Origin: a phage
Length of the DNA: 64,000 nt
Reading direction: 5' to 3' (one strand)
Assembly (NCBI GenBank): GCA_021537435.1
Contig: GCA_021537435.1_3050.1
The notes beneath the pieces were generated by a model that had not been told where the DNA came from, searched no databases, and saw only the letters and a program-made list of their open reading frames with translations. Shown here in pieces: positions 34,335-45,615 of the stretch. Every line of letters starts with the position of its first letter. Position 1 is the stretch's first letter. Both the position numbers and the translations under genes were made by a program.

Positions 34335-34350
34335 AGGGGCCGAAGCCCCT
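34335..34350. terminator. GC hairpin with + strand T-run inside the early-gene array
   Basis: AGGGGC-cgaa-GCCCCT followed by GTTTTATTTT on the + strand. Confidence 0.45.
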
Positions 34351-34358
34351 GTTTTATT

Positions 34359-34724
34359 TTAAATATCAAATTCGTTAAGAACTACATCAAAGATTGCTTC
34401 AAGATGCTCAGGTTTAGCTCTGTTACTCAAAATATGACGAATCCAAGTTTTAACCAGAAGCTTACGATTAGCGCCATTCCAGCAAGGATGGGTCCCTAAA
34501 TCGCGTTGACGAAAATCATCATCCAGAGCGATTTTGAAGTTTGAACCTTCCATTGTGATTGAAACCGTGATGCCATTTTCAAATCGCATATAAACGTAGT
34601 TAGGAGTCATATACTGTTCAATTTCGCATACTGATCCATTTTGATGTTTCCAAAGGCAAATAGTATCAATAGAACCTGCAATACCATTAGAAACATATTT
34701 ACGTTCAAAGTTGATGTAGTTCAT
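34359..34724 (-). CDS. hypothetical protein
   Basis: 121-aa ORF. Confidence 0.55.
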   Translation of the reverse strand: MNYINFERKYVSNGIAGSIDTICLWKHQNGSVCEIEQYMTPNYVYMRFENGITVSITMEGSNFKIALDDDFRQRDLGTHPCWNGANRKLLVKTWIRHILSNRAKPEHLEAIFDVVLNEFDI

Positions 34725-34792
34725 TTTTATTCTCCGAGATGTTTAATTGCGGTACAGGTATATAATATCATATCCTGTACCAAAGTAAACAA

Positions 34793-35125
34793 TTATTTTA
34801 CTACTTTCCAGTGCTTCATGTCAAGTTTACCAACTTTTTTCATCTTCTCAATCAAACGTTCGGCACGTTGGCGAGCTGTAACATAATACCATTCGCCTAA
34901 TTCATTTTGTTCAATTTTTCCAACGATTACTGTATTCAATTCATAAATCCAACCAGTAAAGAAATTATGAACTTGAATTGTAAAGGTGAAATCTGTTCCC
35001 ATACCTTCTGTTGTTTCTACTTCAATAATATCACCTTCAACTGCCATTAAGAACCACATAGTTTCATCATATTTACCATTGAAGCATTTAGTCTTAACTG
35101 CAGCGTTCAGATTAATCGTTTTCAT
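34793..35125 (-). CDS. hypothetical protein
   Basis: 110-aa ORF. Confidence 0.55.
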   Translation of the reverse strand: MKTINLNAAVKTKCFNGKYDETMWFLMAVEGDIIEVETTEGMGTDFTFTIQVHNFFTGWIYELNTVIVGKIEQNELGEWYYVTARQRAERLIEKMKKVGKLDMKHWKVVK

Positions 35126-35210
35126 TTTATTCTCCTTTGTTTGTGTAAGATAATACTATCACAAAGGAACCATACTGTAAACAACTTTATGCAATCTTTG
35201 GAAAATAAAA

Positions 35211-35232
35211 AAGGACTCCCGAAGGAGTCCTT
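35211..35232 (-). terminator. terminator with 9-bp perfect stem
   Basis: AAGGACTCC-cgaa-GGAGTCCTT preceded by AAAATAAAAA on the + strand (U-run on the minus transcript). Confidence 0.8.
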
Positions 35233-35235
35233 AAC

Positions 35236-35412
35236 TTATGCTTTCTGCTTACCAAAACGAGAAGCATCATCTCGAAGAACCGCACGTGCTCGGCGCATGA
35301 TCTTCTCAACAGTTTGATTGATACGAGAGTTCGACCCACGCTTGTAGCCAGCGCGTTTAGAATCACCAACTTTCTTTTCAACTGCTTTCTTTGCTTTAGC
35401 TTGTTTTGCCAT
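35236..35412 (-). CDS. small basic protein (58 aa from MAKQAKAKK…; ORF open to 35454)
   Basis: Lys/Arg-rich ORF; strong 9-bp-stem terminator immediately downstream. Confidence 0.5.
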   Translation of the reverse strand: MAKQAKAKKAVEKKVGDSKRAGYKRGSNSRINQTVEKIMRRARAVLRDDASRFGKQKA

Positions 35413-35655
35413 TATAAATTCTCTTTTAAATGAAAATGCAGGACTTATTGGCATTGCCTGCGCAAGCCCTCAAGGGGAACATAGGTTTTGGATATTTAAC
35501 GACAGGATAACCATAAACCCGTCATCATTCACATTCAAGAGGTACACCATAAAACTGCCGGGGTCTTAAAACTATAATGATTCGCAAATCATTAATCAGA
35601 CAGTTCGATGGCTCCTCGATTTTAGCTCACACTAAGGCAGTGAATCTCCAATAAA

Positions 35656-35904
35656 TTACTTCAGTGTTACCACAAAGTGACGAACTGCTTTTCGTGCAGC
35701 AGAAGCCAGAGGCTTAGCATACTTAAGTTCATCTTTTTCCTGAAGCTCAGCAGCTAATGCAGTTTGAGCAGGATTCAGATGTTTGAAATAACGCAGGATT
35801 TCAAGAGCTTCGGCTTCAACATCAATAGATGCGCCATAGTTTTCGTGACCATTATTCCATGCGTTTCGTTGCAGTTCAAGAGCGTGTTGTAATTGTTTAA
35901 TCAT
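35656..35904 (-). CDS. rIII: lysis-inhibition accessory protein rIII
   Basis: 82 aa, in the rIII position upstream of gene 31; length as T4 rIII. Confidence 0.8.
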   Translation of the reverse strand: MIKQLQHALELQRNAWNNGHENYGASIDVEAEALEILRYFKHLNPAQTALAAELQEKDELKYAKPLASAARKAVRHFVVTLK

Positions 35905-36050
35905 TTAAAAATTCTCGTTAGAGATTAAAACTCGGTAGTCACGTTCTTCTGATTTCATCTTCTTTCGACAGATCTCTCAGTTGTAGACTACCACATAGAA
36001 TTGTTCGGTTAACTTATTATTCCGACACCCAATTCATATTATTATTTATA

Positions 36051-36386
36051 TCACTTATAAAGACACGGAATAGCTTTATAGTGACAAGTAACGAATTTTT
36101 GTTTAATTTCTTTTGGCTGCTTAAGACCCAGAGCTACAAAAGGATGCGGAACATTTCGAATTTGACCAACTGGAAGAGAAGTCAAATCACCAACTTCGCA
36201 GAAACCTTCAGGAACATCAGGACCGACAGAGTGAACTACACATAGTTCAGGAACTTCACCTTGAACACGTTTACCGATAATAAGTCCTGATTCTGTAACT
36301 TCTTCATCACCGGCTTGTGCAGGTTCAGAAACTAAAATAACATATTCACCGACAGCACGAATTGGTAGCTGTTGTACTTCAGACAT
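36051..36386 (-). CDS. 31: co-chaperonin gp31 (GroES analogue)
   Basis: 111 aa, [30 protein letters not shown]… matches T4 gp31 as I recall it. Confidence 0.93.
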
Positions 36387-36442
36387 CGTTTTTCCTTTTT
36401 GTTAACAGATGAATTAATAATAACAAATAATTCTTAAAGCAT

Positions 36443-36751
36443 TTATTTACCAATAAATTGGAGTAAATGCTCAACTTTCATACCATTAACAGAAATCAAT
36501 TTGTCAATAGAAAAACCTCGCCATGCACCAAGTTCAACATCAAATACTGGAATCATGTCAGTAGATTCTTTCCGAGTCGATTCAGTCAATTTACCAGTTT
36601 GCATGGTTGGCATAAAGTCTGCGTCACGAGTACCTTTCATAGTACGAATAGTACCATCAGACTTTTCAAAAACTACGTTTGAAACACCCATGGACAGTTT
36701 AGTTTTCAAAATTTCACGAATTGCTACTTTCTGCTCAGTTGTTAGTTTCAT
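36443..36751 (-). CDS. hypothetical protein (T4 31.1 position)
   Basis: 102-aa ORF. Confidence 0.6.
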   Translation of the reverse strand: MKLTTEQKVAIREILKTKLSMGVSNVVFEKSDGTIRTMKGTRDADFMPTMQTGKLTESTRKESTDMIPVFDVELGAWRGFSIDKLISVNGMKVEHLLQFIGK

Positions 36752-36988
36752 TTATTTACCTATCACAGTTTTAATATGAGTTGTTCCACGTTCTTTAAGG
36801 GTGGAAAGTAATTTTTGGCATTTTTCTAAATCAGATTTCCAACTATATGGTCTATCAATACTAGTCCAATCAGTTTTATAATACTGTTTCCATTTAGAGA
36901 AAAAATATTTCTTATACTCTACAGCAAATGAGATGTTCTCGTTAGAATAAGAACTAATTGCTGTGAGCTTTACCAAACGAAATTTCAT
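36752..36988 (-). CDS. hypothetical protein (T4 31.2 position)
   Basis: 78-aa ORF. Confidence 0.55.
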   Translation of the reverse strand: MKFRLVKLTAISSYSNENISFAVEYKKYFFSKWKQYYKTDWTSIDRPYSWKSDLEKCQKLLSTLKERGTTHIKTVIGK

Positions 36989-37569
36989 TATTCACCACAG
37001 AATTCGTTGATATTTTCCCAGTTTAACTTATTCAAGTTTTTCTTAGGAACATTAAACACTTCAATACCTGCATTTCGCAGAATATCATCCCAGCCAGGTT
37101 TATTTTTATCGTATGTTTCACAATAAACCAGCTTTTTAATACCAGATTGAGCTATCGCTTTTGCGCAATCTGGACAGGGAGAAAGTGTTACATACATAGT
37201 AGCACCTTCAATAGAAGAACCATTTCGTGCAGCAAACAAAATTGCATTTAGTTCAGCATGAATTTCATTTTTAGACGACCATTCAGAGTGAGCGCTACGG
37301 TGTTCTTTCGCCAAGATAAAACGATCAGTTGAACCAAACGATACACATTCAGGCTTATGACCTTGAATGATAGTATGTTTAGGTTTATTCAACAACCAAC
37401 CTTGCTCGGCAGCATAATCGCAGCAGTTCACACCCCCGGCAGGTGAACCATTATATCCGGTAGAAATAATACGTCCATTCTTTTCAATTACTGCTCCTAC
37501 TTTCCAGGAGCAACATTTTGATTCTTGTGATACTAAATATGCAATTTGAAGTACTGTACTCGCTTTCAT
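36988..37569 (-). CDS. cd: dCMP deaminase
   Basis: 193 aa; zinc-ligand motifs HAELNA and PCPDCA. Confidence 0.93.
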   Translation of the reverse strand: MKASTVLQIAYLVSQESKCCSWKVGAVIEKNGRIISTGYNGSPAGGVNCCDYAAEQGWLLNKPKHTIIQGHKPECVSFGSTDRFILAKEHRSAHSEWSSKNEIHAELNAILFAARNGSSIEGATMYVTLSPCPDCAKAIAQSGIKKLVYCETYDKNKPGWDDILRNAGIEVFNVPKKNLNKLNWENINEFCGE

Positions 37570-37904
37570 TTCATAATCACCAGATAAGCAGATTTAGCAG
37601 TTTCAACACGATAAATTTCGTGACGAAGTTTAGTTATACTTTTAATAACAGAACTAATTATATTCTGCCCATCTTTAAAGCGGTTTTTCTTATCAATAAA
37701 AATTGCACCAGCCATCTTTTTGTGAAGCTCAACTGGATACTTCGTCACAATAATAGCATCATACACAGAAGGATGAATACTATTCACTAGAGTATCATTC
37801 ATTAAAGTTATTCTAATGAACTGTGCTGTTTCAGAGTCAAGCGCTCTATGATCGCCAGTATCATTTTCAAGACAATTATCAATTATATCAGTTAAATTCA
37901 TCAT
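37566..37904 (-). CDS. hypothetical protein (cd.1 position)
   Basis: 112-aa ORF. Confidence 0.55.
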   Translation of the reverse strand: MMNLTDIIDNCLENDTGDHRALDSETAQFIRITLMNDTLVNSIHPSVYDAIIVTKYPVELHKKMAGAIFIDKKNRFKDGQNIISSVIKSITKLRHEIYRVETAKSAYLVIMK

Positions 37905-38137
37905 AGTACGCCATACACCCTTTGTGCTTCAACTAATCCATCAAAATCCAGTTTAAGATGCGATATTTGATCGCCATCACCTGGATTCACAATTACTAAT
38001 ACTGAACGAGGAGTTTCGGTAATAACACGAACCGATGTTTCAGGAAATCGTTCAGAAACCTTATTTACCAATTCCTGCGCAAATAGTTTAACTTTTTCTT
38101 GGAATTCTTTAACAGTAATTGGTTTTTCACTTAGCAT
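37901..38137 (-). CDS. hypothetical protein (cd.2 position)
   Basis: 78-aa ORF. Confidence 0.55.
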   Translation of the reverse strand: MLSEKPITVKEFQEKVKLFAQELVNKVSERFPETSVRVITETPRSVLVIVNPGDGDQISHLKLDFDGLVEAQRVYGVL

Positions 38138-38199
38138 TTTGTTTTCCTCATTTGTTTTGGTAGAGCTATAATATCACAACTCTACCATAAAGTAAACTG

Positions 38200-38505
38200 T
38201 TAAATTGCCTTGAATTCTGATGTCTGTGATTCAAAACGAATATCGCCTTTGATGACTAGCTCAGCATCAAGACCAAATACGACAATGATATGCGCGGAAC
38301 CTGGATACAACGTAATGGCAATAGAATCCACCTGGTCTGGAAGCAAAGTGTTCAATACATGAGTCACTTGAGCATGGATTCGAAGCTCGGCTGCGTTATC
38401 AAGCTTTTCAAACATATTATTAGCGATAATTTGACTAAACACTACTTCTACGATTTTAGAATAAGTCGGAAACATATTTACCTCACATAATTTTCTTCGA
38501 GCCAA
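38200..38505 (-). CDS. hypothetical protein (cd.3 position)
   Basis: 101-aa ORF. Confidence 0.55.
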   Translation of the reverse strand: MARRKLCEVNMFPTYSKIVEVVFSQIIANNMFEKLDNAAELRIHAQVTHVLNTLLPDQVDSIAITLYPGSAHIIVVFGLDAELVIKGDIRFESQTSEFKAI

Positions 38506-38537
38506 TTAATAATCCCAAGTTTCATGATGCCACGCCA

Positions 38538-39666
<1,129 letters not shown>

Positions 39667-39676
<10 letters not shown>

Positions 39677-39966
39677 TTATCCTCTTTTAACTCTTGGCGA
39701 TAATAACATATCATAGTTTTCTGATCATGTACATATCGTTTTACATCATTAAGCCAAATACGAAATTCCTGGGAATCTTCGAATGGCATACCGACCCAAG
39801 CTTTACCATCAATAACTTTAACTTGCCAGGATAGTTTAGCTTCATCATATGACTTTATTTGTACTGGCCAATTAGGATGAACTGTTTCTTTCTTTACTTC
39901 TAGAGGCTTTGTCGAACAACCAACTAGAAGACCAATAGATAATATTACTGCTGATAGTTTAATCAT
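39667..39966 (-). CDS. predicted lipoprotein (pseT.2 position)
   Basis: 99 aa; signal peptide with lipobox L-V-G-C (MIKLSAVILSIGLLVGCSTK). Confidence 0.6.
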
Positions 39967-40316
39967 TTAGAAAGGTCCTGGATGTCTTCTGCGAACTTGT
40001 TGAAGGAGTTGTTGATTTGTTTTTCAACCAATCCTGGCTTATGAGCCACCACATCCGCCTTCTTTGCGTCTTTGCGCAGTTTTTCATTTTCACGCTCAAT
40101 AGCAGCAATTGCCTCACGATTTTTATTATTCATCGCATCAATATAATTATACTGAATTCGCAAATTATTTAATGCTAAAGCGTTTTCATTGGCCGTTTTT
40201 GTAATTTCTACAACAGACGTTTCTAATCTTTCAATTTTATTTTTTAAAATTAAAGAAGTTCCGCCCAATGCAATTACAATTAATAGCAAGCCTGCTGTCG
40301 TATTACTTAATTGCAT
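39963..40316 (-). CDS. predicted membrane-anchored coiled-coil protein (pseT.3 position)
   Basis: 117 aa; N-terminal hydrophobic helix LLLIVIALGGTSLIL. Confidence 0.55.
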   Translation of the reverse strand: MQLSNTTAGLLLIVIALGGTSLILKNKIERLETSVVEITKTANENALALNNLRIQYNYIDAMNNKNREAIAAIERENEKLRKDAKKADVVAHKPGLVEKQINNSFNKFAEDIQDLSK

Positions 40317-40813
40317 AAAGTTTTAATAACCTCTATAATATCGTCTTGAGAAAGACCGTTAATTAAAATATGATGTTCAGCAGGAGATTTAGAAATTTTA
40401 AAACATGCCTCAACATCTTCTGCCATATCCGATGCGCTACGATTTGGATTACTAATTCCAAGACGATGTTTTCCCGTTAAAGGATTAACGATGATATAGC
40501 ATTTACAGTTGTTAATATGAACATTAGGTTGAGTCTGATTAATGAACACATCGCAATCATATTTCGCAAGCTGATTTTCTAAAAAGACTTTCATCTCCTC
40601 AACTGCATCAGGAAGCATATCACGGGCTTGCTCAAGACGACGATTTCGATATTCTTTAATGGTCGTTTTCCGCTTGACTTGTTTAGCTAAATCTTTCTTA
40701 AGATCGGTGATATATCCAACTCGACGATTTCCTTTAAATACAGAAATCCCATCTGTAGTATCACCATATGCTTCAACGACCATCTCAGTAGTAATAAGCT
40801 GCAAATCCATCAT
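40307..40813 (-). CDS. alc: Alc host-transcription terminator protein
   Basis: 168-aa ORF between the pseT block and rnlA. Confidence 0.75.
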   Translation of the reverse strand: MMDLQLITTEMVVEAYGDTTDGISVFKGNRRVGYITDLKKDLAKQVKRKTTIKEYRNRRLEQARDMLPDAVEEMKVFLENQLAKYDCDVFINQTQPNVHINNCKCYIIVNPLTGKHRLGISNPNRSASDMAEDVEACFKISKSPAEHHILINGLSQDDIIEVIKTLCN

Positions 40814-40874
40814 AAAGTCCTCATGTTATGTCAGTAAGACTACTGTAACACAACACGAGGGACTTGTAAACAGC

Positions 40875-42462
<1,588 letters not shown>

Positions 42463-42489
42463 AATAAAATGGGCCTTGTGGCCCACTCC

Positions 42490-42992
42490 TTAAAAATATT
42501 TTTTAAAACTCATCATAACTTTATCATCAACATCATTATCAATCTGTGCTACAAGGTAAGATGACAGTTCTACTTCTTGTGGCGCGGATTGAACATTATC
42601 AGAATTAAGATATTCACGAATCCAAGGATACGGATGTTTAACCGGAGCATCAGTAATTGGGCATGGAAGACCGCACTGTTTCATACGAGATACAGTTAAG
42701 TAATCAATAAAGCTCCACATGCTATTTGTATTTAATCCAGGAACATCGCCATCTTTAAATAAATGAACTGCCCAGTCTTTTTCTTGACGGTTAACTTCCA
42801 TGAAAATATCAACTGCTTCTTGTTCACACTCTTGAGCAATTTTAACCCATTCATCGCCATCAGTACCAGATTGAAGTTGACGAATAATATATTGGGTGCC
42901 TTTAAGGTGAAGCTGTTCATCGCGTGCAATGAACTTCATAATCTTGGCATTACCTTCCATGATTTCCATGTTTTTATGGAAGTTGAAAGTAC
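42490..42992 (-). CDS. nrdB: ribonucleotide reductase small subunit NrdB, exon 2
   Basis: Frame encodes (C)TFNFHKNMEIMEGNAKIMKFIARDEQLHL… to stop; 3' splice site placed after intron-terminal G at 42993. Confidence 0.85.
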
Positions 42993-44082
42993 CGTTATGT
43001 TCGATTGAGCTCGCTAATTCTCAATCCGTTCTCTTATGAACTGCTACATATTACTATGCAGACCAGACTATATCACAATCCCAGAGGGATTCTCCCCATT
43101 TCGAGTCGCTTGACCCTACGTCCGAAGACTAGTCGTTGAACCTTGCTTTGCAATTGTCGCCGTGCCATCGTTTATATGTTGATGGTGATAAATCTTTCTT
43201 ATCACAATATGGACAATTCAATTGAATTCTATTTGGATTTAATTTACATCTGTCATTATGTTTTAGATAAAATCCAGGACCTTTACCAATGTGACCACAG
43301 AAATCACATGTGATTTCTTTTTGTGCAGGATGGGTCCCGTTCTTAACCATTTCTAATGTTTTTGCTGATGTTCTTTTCTTATGGTCTTCTGATAAGAAAT
43401 GATGTGAACCGTCATTTACCCGTTTTGATTGAGTTTCTGACTGCATTTTACCACCGCAAAATACATGAGTACCTTCTTTTATAGCTGCAATATTACGTTC
43501 TTTAACTTTTGCAATATGCTCAGCTTGTTGAAAATTATGTATACCTAATGCAACTCTATTTAAATTAGATTTACGCTGTATTTCACCATCTAAAAGATGA
43601 AATGTACCATTTTCTATCTTAGATTTAATAGAGGCAATATTTTTAGCTCGTACTTCAGGGATATTAAAAATCTGGATTTCTCTAGATTTTGCGGCTTTAG
43701 AAGCTAATTCAGAAATTTCTTCAGGAGAATATTTCATTCTAAGCTTTATAGCATGACAAGCCTGGTAATCTTTTTGAGCTAAATGTATATCATAATGTTC
43801 CTGTATAGAAAGGCACATCAAATTATCTAAATCATTATTTTCACGGTTACCGTCTTTATGATGGATTTCGTATGTTCTTCCATCAGAATCTTTAGGTATA
43901 GGTCCGTTAGCATCTATCCAAATTTTTCTATAGTTCAATTGTGCATCCTCTTAAAAGTATAATCATATTTATATTATACTAATTAAAGGTGCAAGCAAAA
44001 CCTTGGCTGCTAGTTTTCCATAAAGGACTTTCCAGCAATTAAAGGAGTTTTCGATAAACGTTACCGTTTAAAGGCGCATTTT
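42993..44082 (-). mobile_element. group I intron in nrdB (1090 nt) carrying I-TevIII
   Basis: Exon-1 frame hits TAA right after …RFYVSFA; splicing GCG-T|…G|GT-ACT restores SFA-C-TFNF, colinear with E. coli NrdB; 3' part resembles the td intron 3' core. Confidence 0.85.
43129..43938 (-). CDS. I-TevIII: intron-encoded HNH homing endonuclease I-TevIII, full length
   Basis: 269 aa; HNH motif EIHHKDGNRENNDLDNLMCLSIQEHYDIH; C-terminal Cys-rich zinc-finger-like region. Confidence 0.85.
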   Translation of the reverse strand: MNYRKIWIDANGPIPKDSDGRTYEIHHKDGNRENNDLDNLMCLSIQEHYDIHLAQKDYQACHAIKLRMKYSPEEISELASKAAKSREIQIFNIPEVRAKNIASIKSKIENGTFHLLDGEIQRKSNLNRVALGIHNFQQAEHIAKVKERNIAAIKEGTHVFCGGKMQSETQSKRVNDGSHHFLSEDHKKRTSAKTLEMVKNGTHPAQKEITCDFCGHIGKGPGFYLKHNDRCKLNPNRIQLNCPYCDKKDLSPSTYKRWHGDNCKARFND

Positions 44083-44746
44083 ACGCAAAAGATACATAAA
44101 AACGAATAGCTTCCAATGCGTTGATTACATGGAGGCAAAGGTAAAGAGATTTCATCAGATCTCGTTTAGCTCTTTGCTCAACGTCTTTATCAGCTAGAAT
44201 TAGACCTTGGTCTTTATAATATTCAACCATGTCTTTAGCATTTTCCCATTCACGGGTTTTAACCAAGACATCATCATAATAGCGACCGATAGATTCAGCA
44301 CGTTTCATGATAGCTTCATCTAATACAATCTCATCAAATACCTTTGATGGATCAGTATAAAGATTTCGCATGATATGAGTATATGAACGACTGTGAATAG
44401 TTTCACTAAAAGTCCATGTAGCAACCCATGTATCAAGGCTTGGGTCTGAAATTAATGACATAAGTACAGCAGATGGCGCACGACCCTGAATGCTATCCAA
44501 AAGTGATTGATACTTCAGGTTATTAGTAAAAATATTCTGCTGATACTGAGGAAGTTTATTAAATTGTGCAGCATCCATCATCAAGTTTACTTCTTCAGGA
44601 CGCCAGAAAAATGATAATTGCTTTTCAGTCAAATCTTCAAAAACTTTATGGCGTTGAATATCATAACGCGCAATACCAAGACCTGAACCGAAGAACATAG
44701 GTTCTTTTAAAACATCAACTGGATTTGTATTAAAAACTGTAGACAT
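44083..44746 (-). CDS. nrdB: ribonucleotide reductase small subunit NrdB, exon 1
   Basis: 221 codons, MSTVFNTNPVDVLKEPMFFGSGLG…ALEAIRFYVSFA, ending at the 5' splice site after U (44083). Confidence 0.88.
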
Positions 44747-44780
44747 ATTATTCTCGCTTATTATAGGTTTAAATATTTAA

Positions 44781-45572
44781 TCACATATTATGTATAAGCA
44801 CTTCGGTCTGAAATGATGCACCCTTCTTTTGCTTCCTATACATGGTTTCAAAATATTCAATTTTGAAATTATTAGAAAGGGCCCAATCTTTTAAAATATA
44901 ATTATTAATATCGTCTGATAGATTATTAGTGATAATAAATTTAGACTTCGATTGTTTAATTTTGTCTAATAATTCTAATTCATCCTTTTCTTCCCAGCCT
45001 GAATATTTAAATTTAGTAGAAAGATACGGCGGGTCAATGAATAAATTTTTGTTTTCAAAATCCAAATCTCTGAATGATTTATTACTAAATGTAAATCGGT
45101 GCTGTCTATTTTTAAATTCAGAAAATTTATCCTGCTGAGACTTATTAAAAGAAGTTCTGGAATACTTGGCTCTATTGGCGAAAGCCGCGTTATAATTCCC
45201 ATTACTAGAAAATCGGATTAACGAACTGAATGAAAATAAATGTAGAACATAAAGATATAATCCGTTTTTGGTTTTATCGTATTCTTTTGACAGATTATAA
45301 AAAGGTGCTGAATCTTTGTCATTCAAATTAAAATCTTCAATAATTTTAACTATATCATTAATTGAAGATGATTTCATCTTTTTATACATGTCTATAAGAG
45401 GAGTATTAATATCATTACATATAACATCTCTCTGACAATTCATAGAAAATCCAAGACCACCACAAAAAGCATCCAAAACAGGCTTATCGTCAAAGCGGTT
45501 TGAAAATTGTCTAATAAATGGCATATACTTATGTTTTGCACCTGGATATGTTATGGCAGGTAGGTCTTTCAT
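44781..45572 (-). CDS. Dam-family (alpha-class) DNA N6-adenine methyltransferase-like protein
   Basis: 263 aa; motif I DAFCGGLG at aa 34-41; Dam-like YPGAK and CNDIN; LYLYVLH; catalytic DPPY at aa 180-183 (nt 45024-45035 verified by hand). Confidence 0.8.
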   Translation of the reverse strand: MKDLPAITYPGAKHKYMPFIRQFSNRFDDKPVLDAFCGGLGFSMNCQRDVICNDINTPLIDMYKKMKSSSINDIVKIIEDFNLNDKDSAPFYNLSKEYDKTKNGLYLYVLHLFSFSSLIRFSSNGNYNAAFANRAKYSRTSFNKSQQDKFSEFKNRQHRFTFSNKSFRDLDFENKNLFIDPPYLSTKFKYSGWEEKDELELLDKIKQSKSKFIITNNLSDDINNYILKDWALSNNFKIEYFETMYRKQKKGASFQTEVLIHNM

Positions 45573-45615
45573 ATTATTTCTCGTTGTTGGTGACTCGTCC
45601 GTGAGTCAAATTATA

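Noticed and set aside
42490-44746. nrdB as a pseudogene split into two ORFs
   Set aside because: The break coincides with a group I intron; hand splicing restores a continuous NrdB frame.
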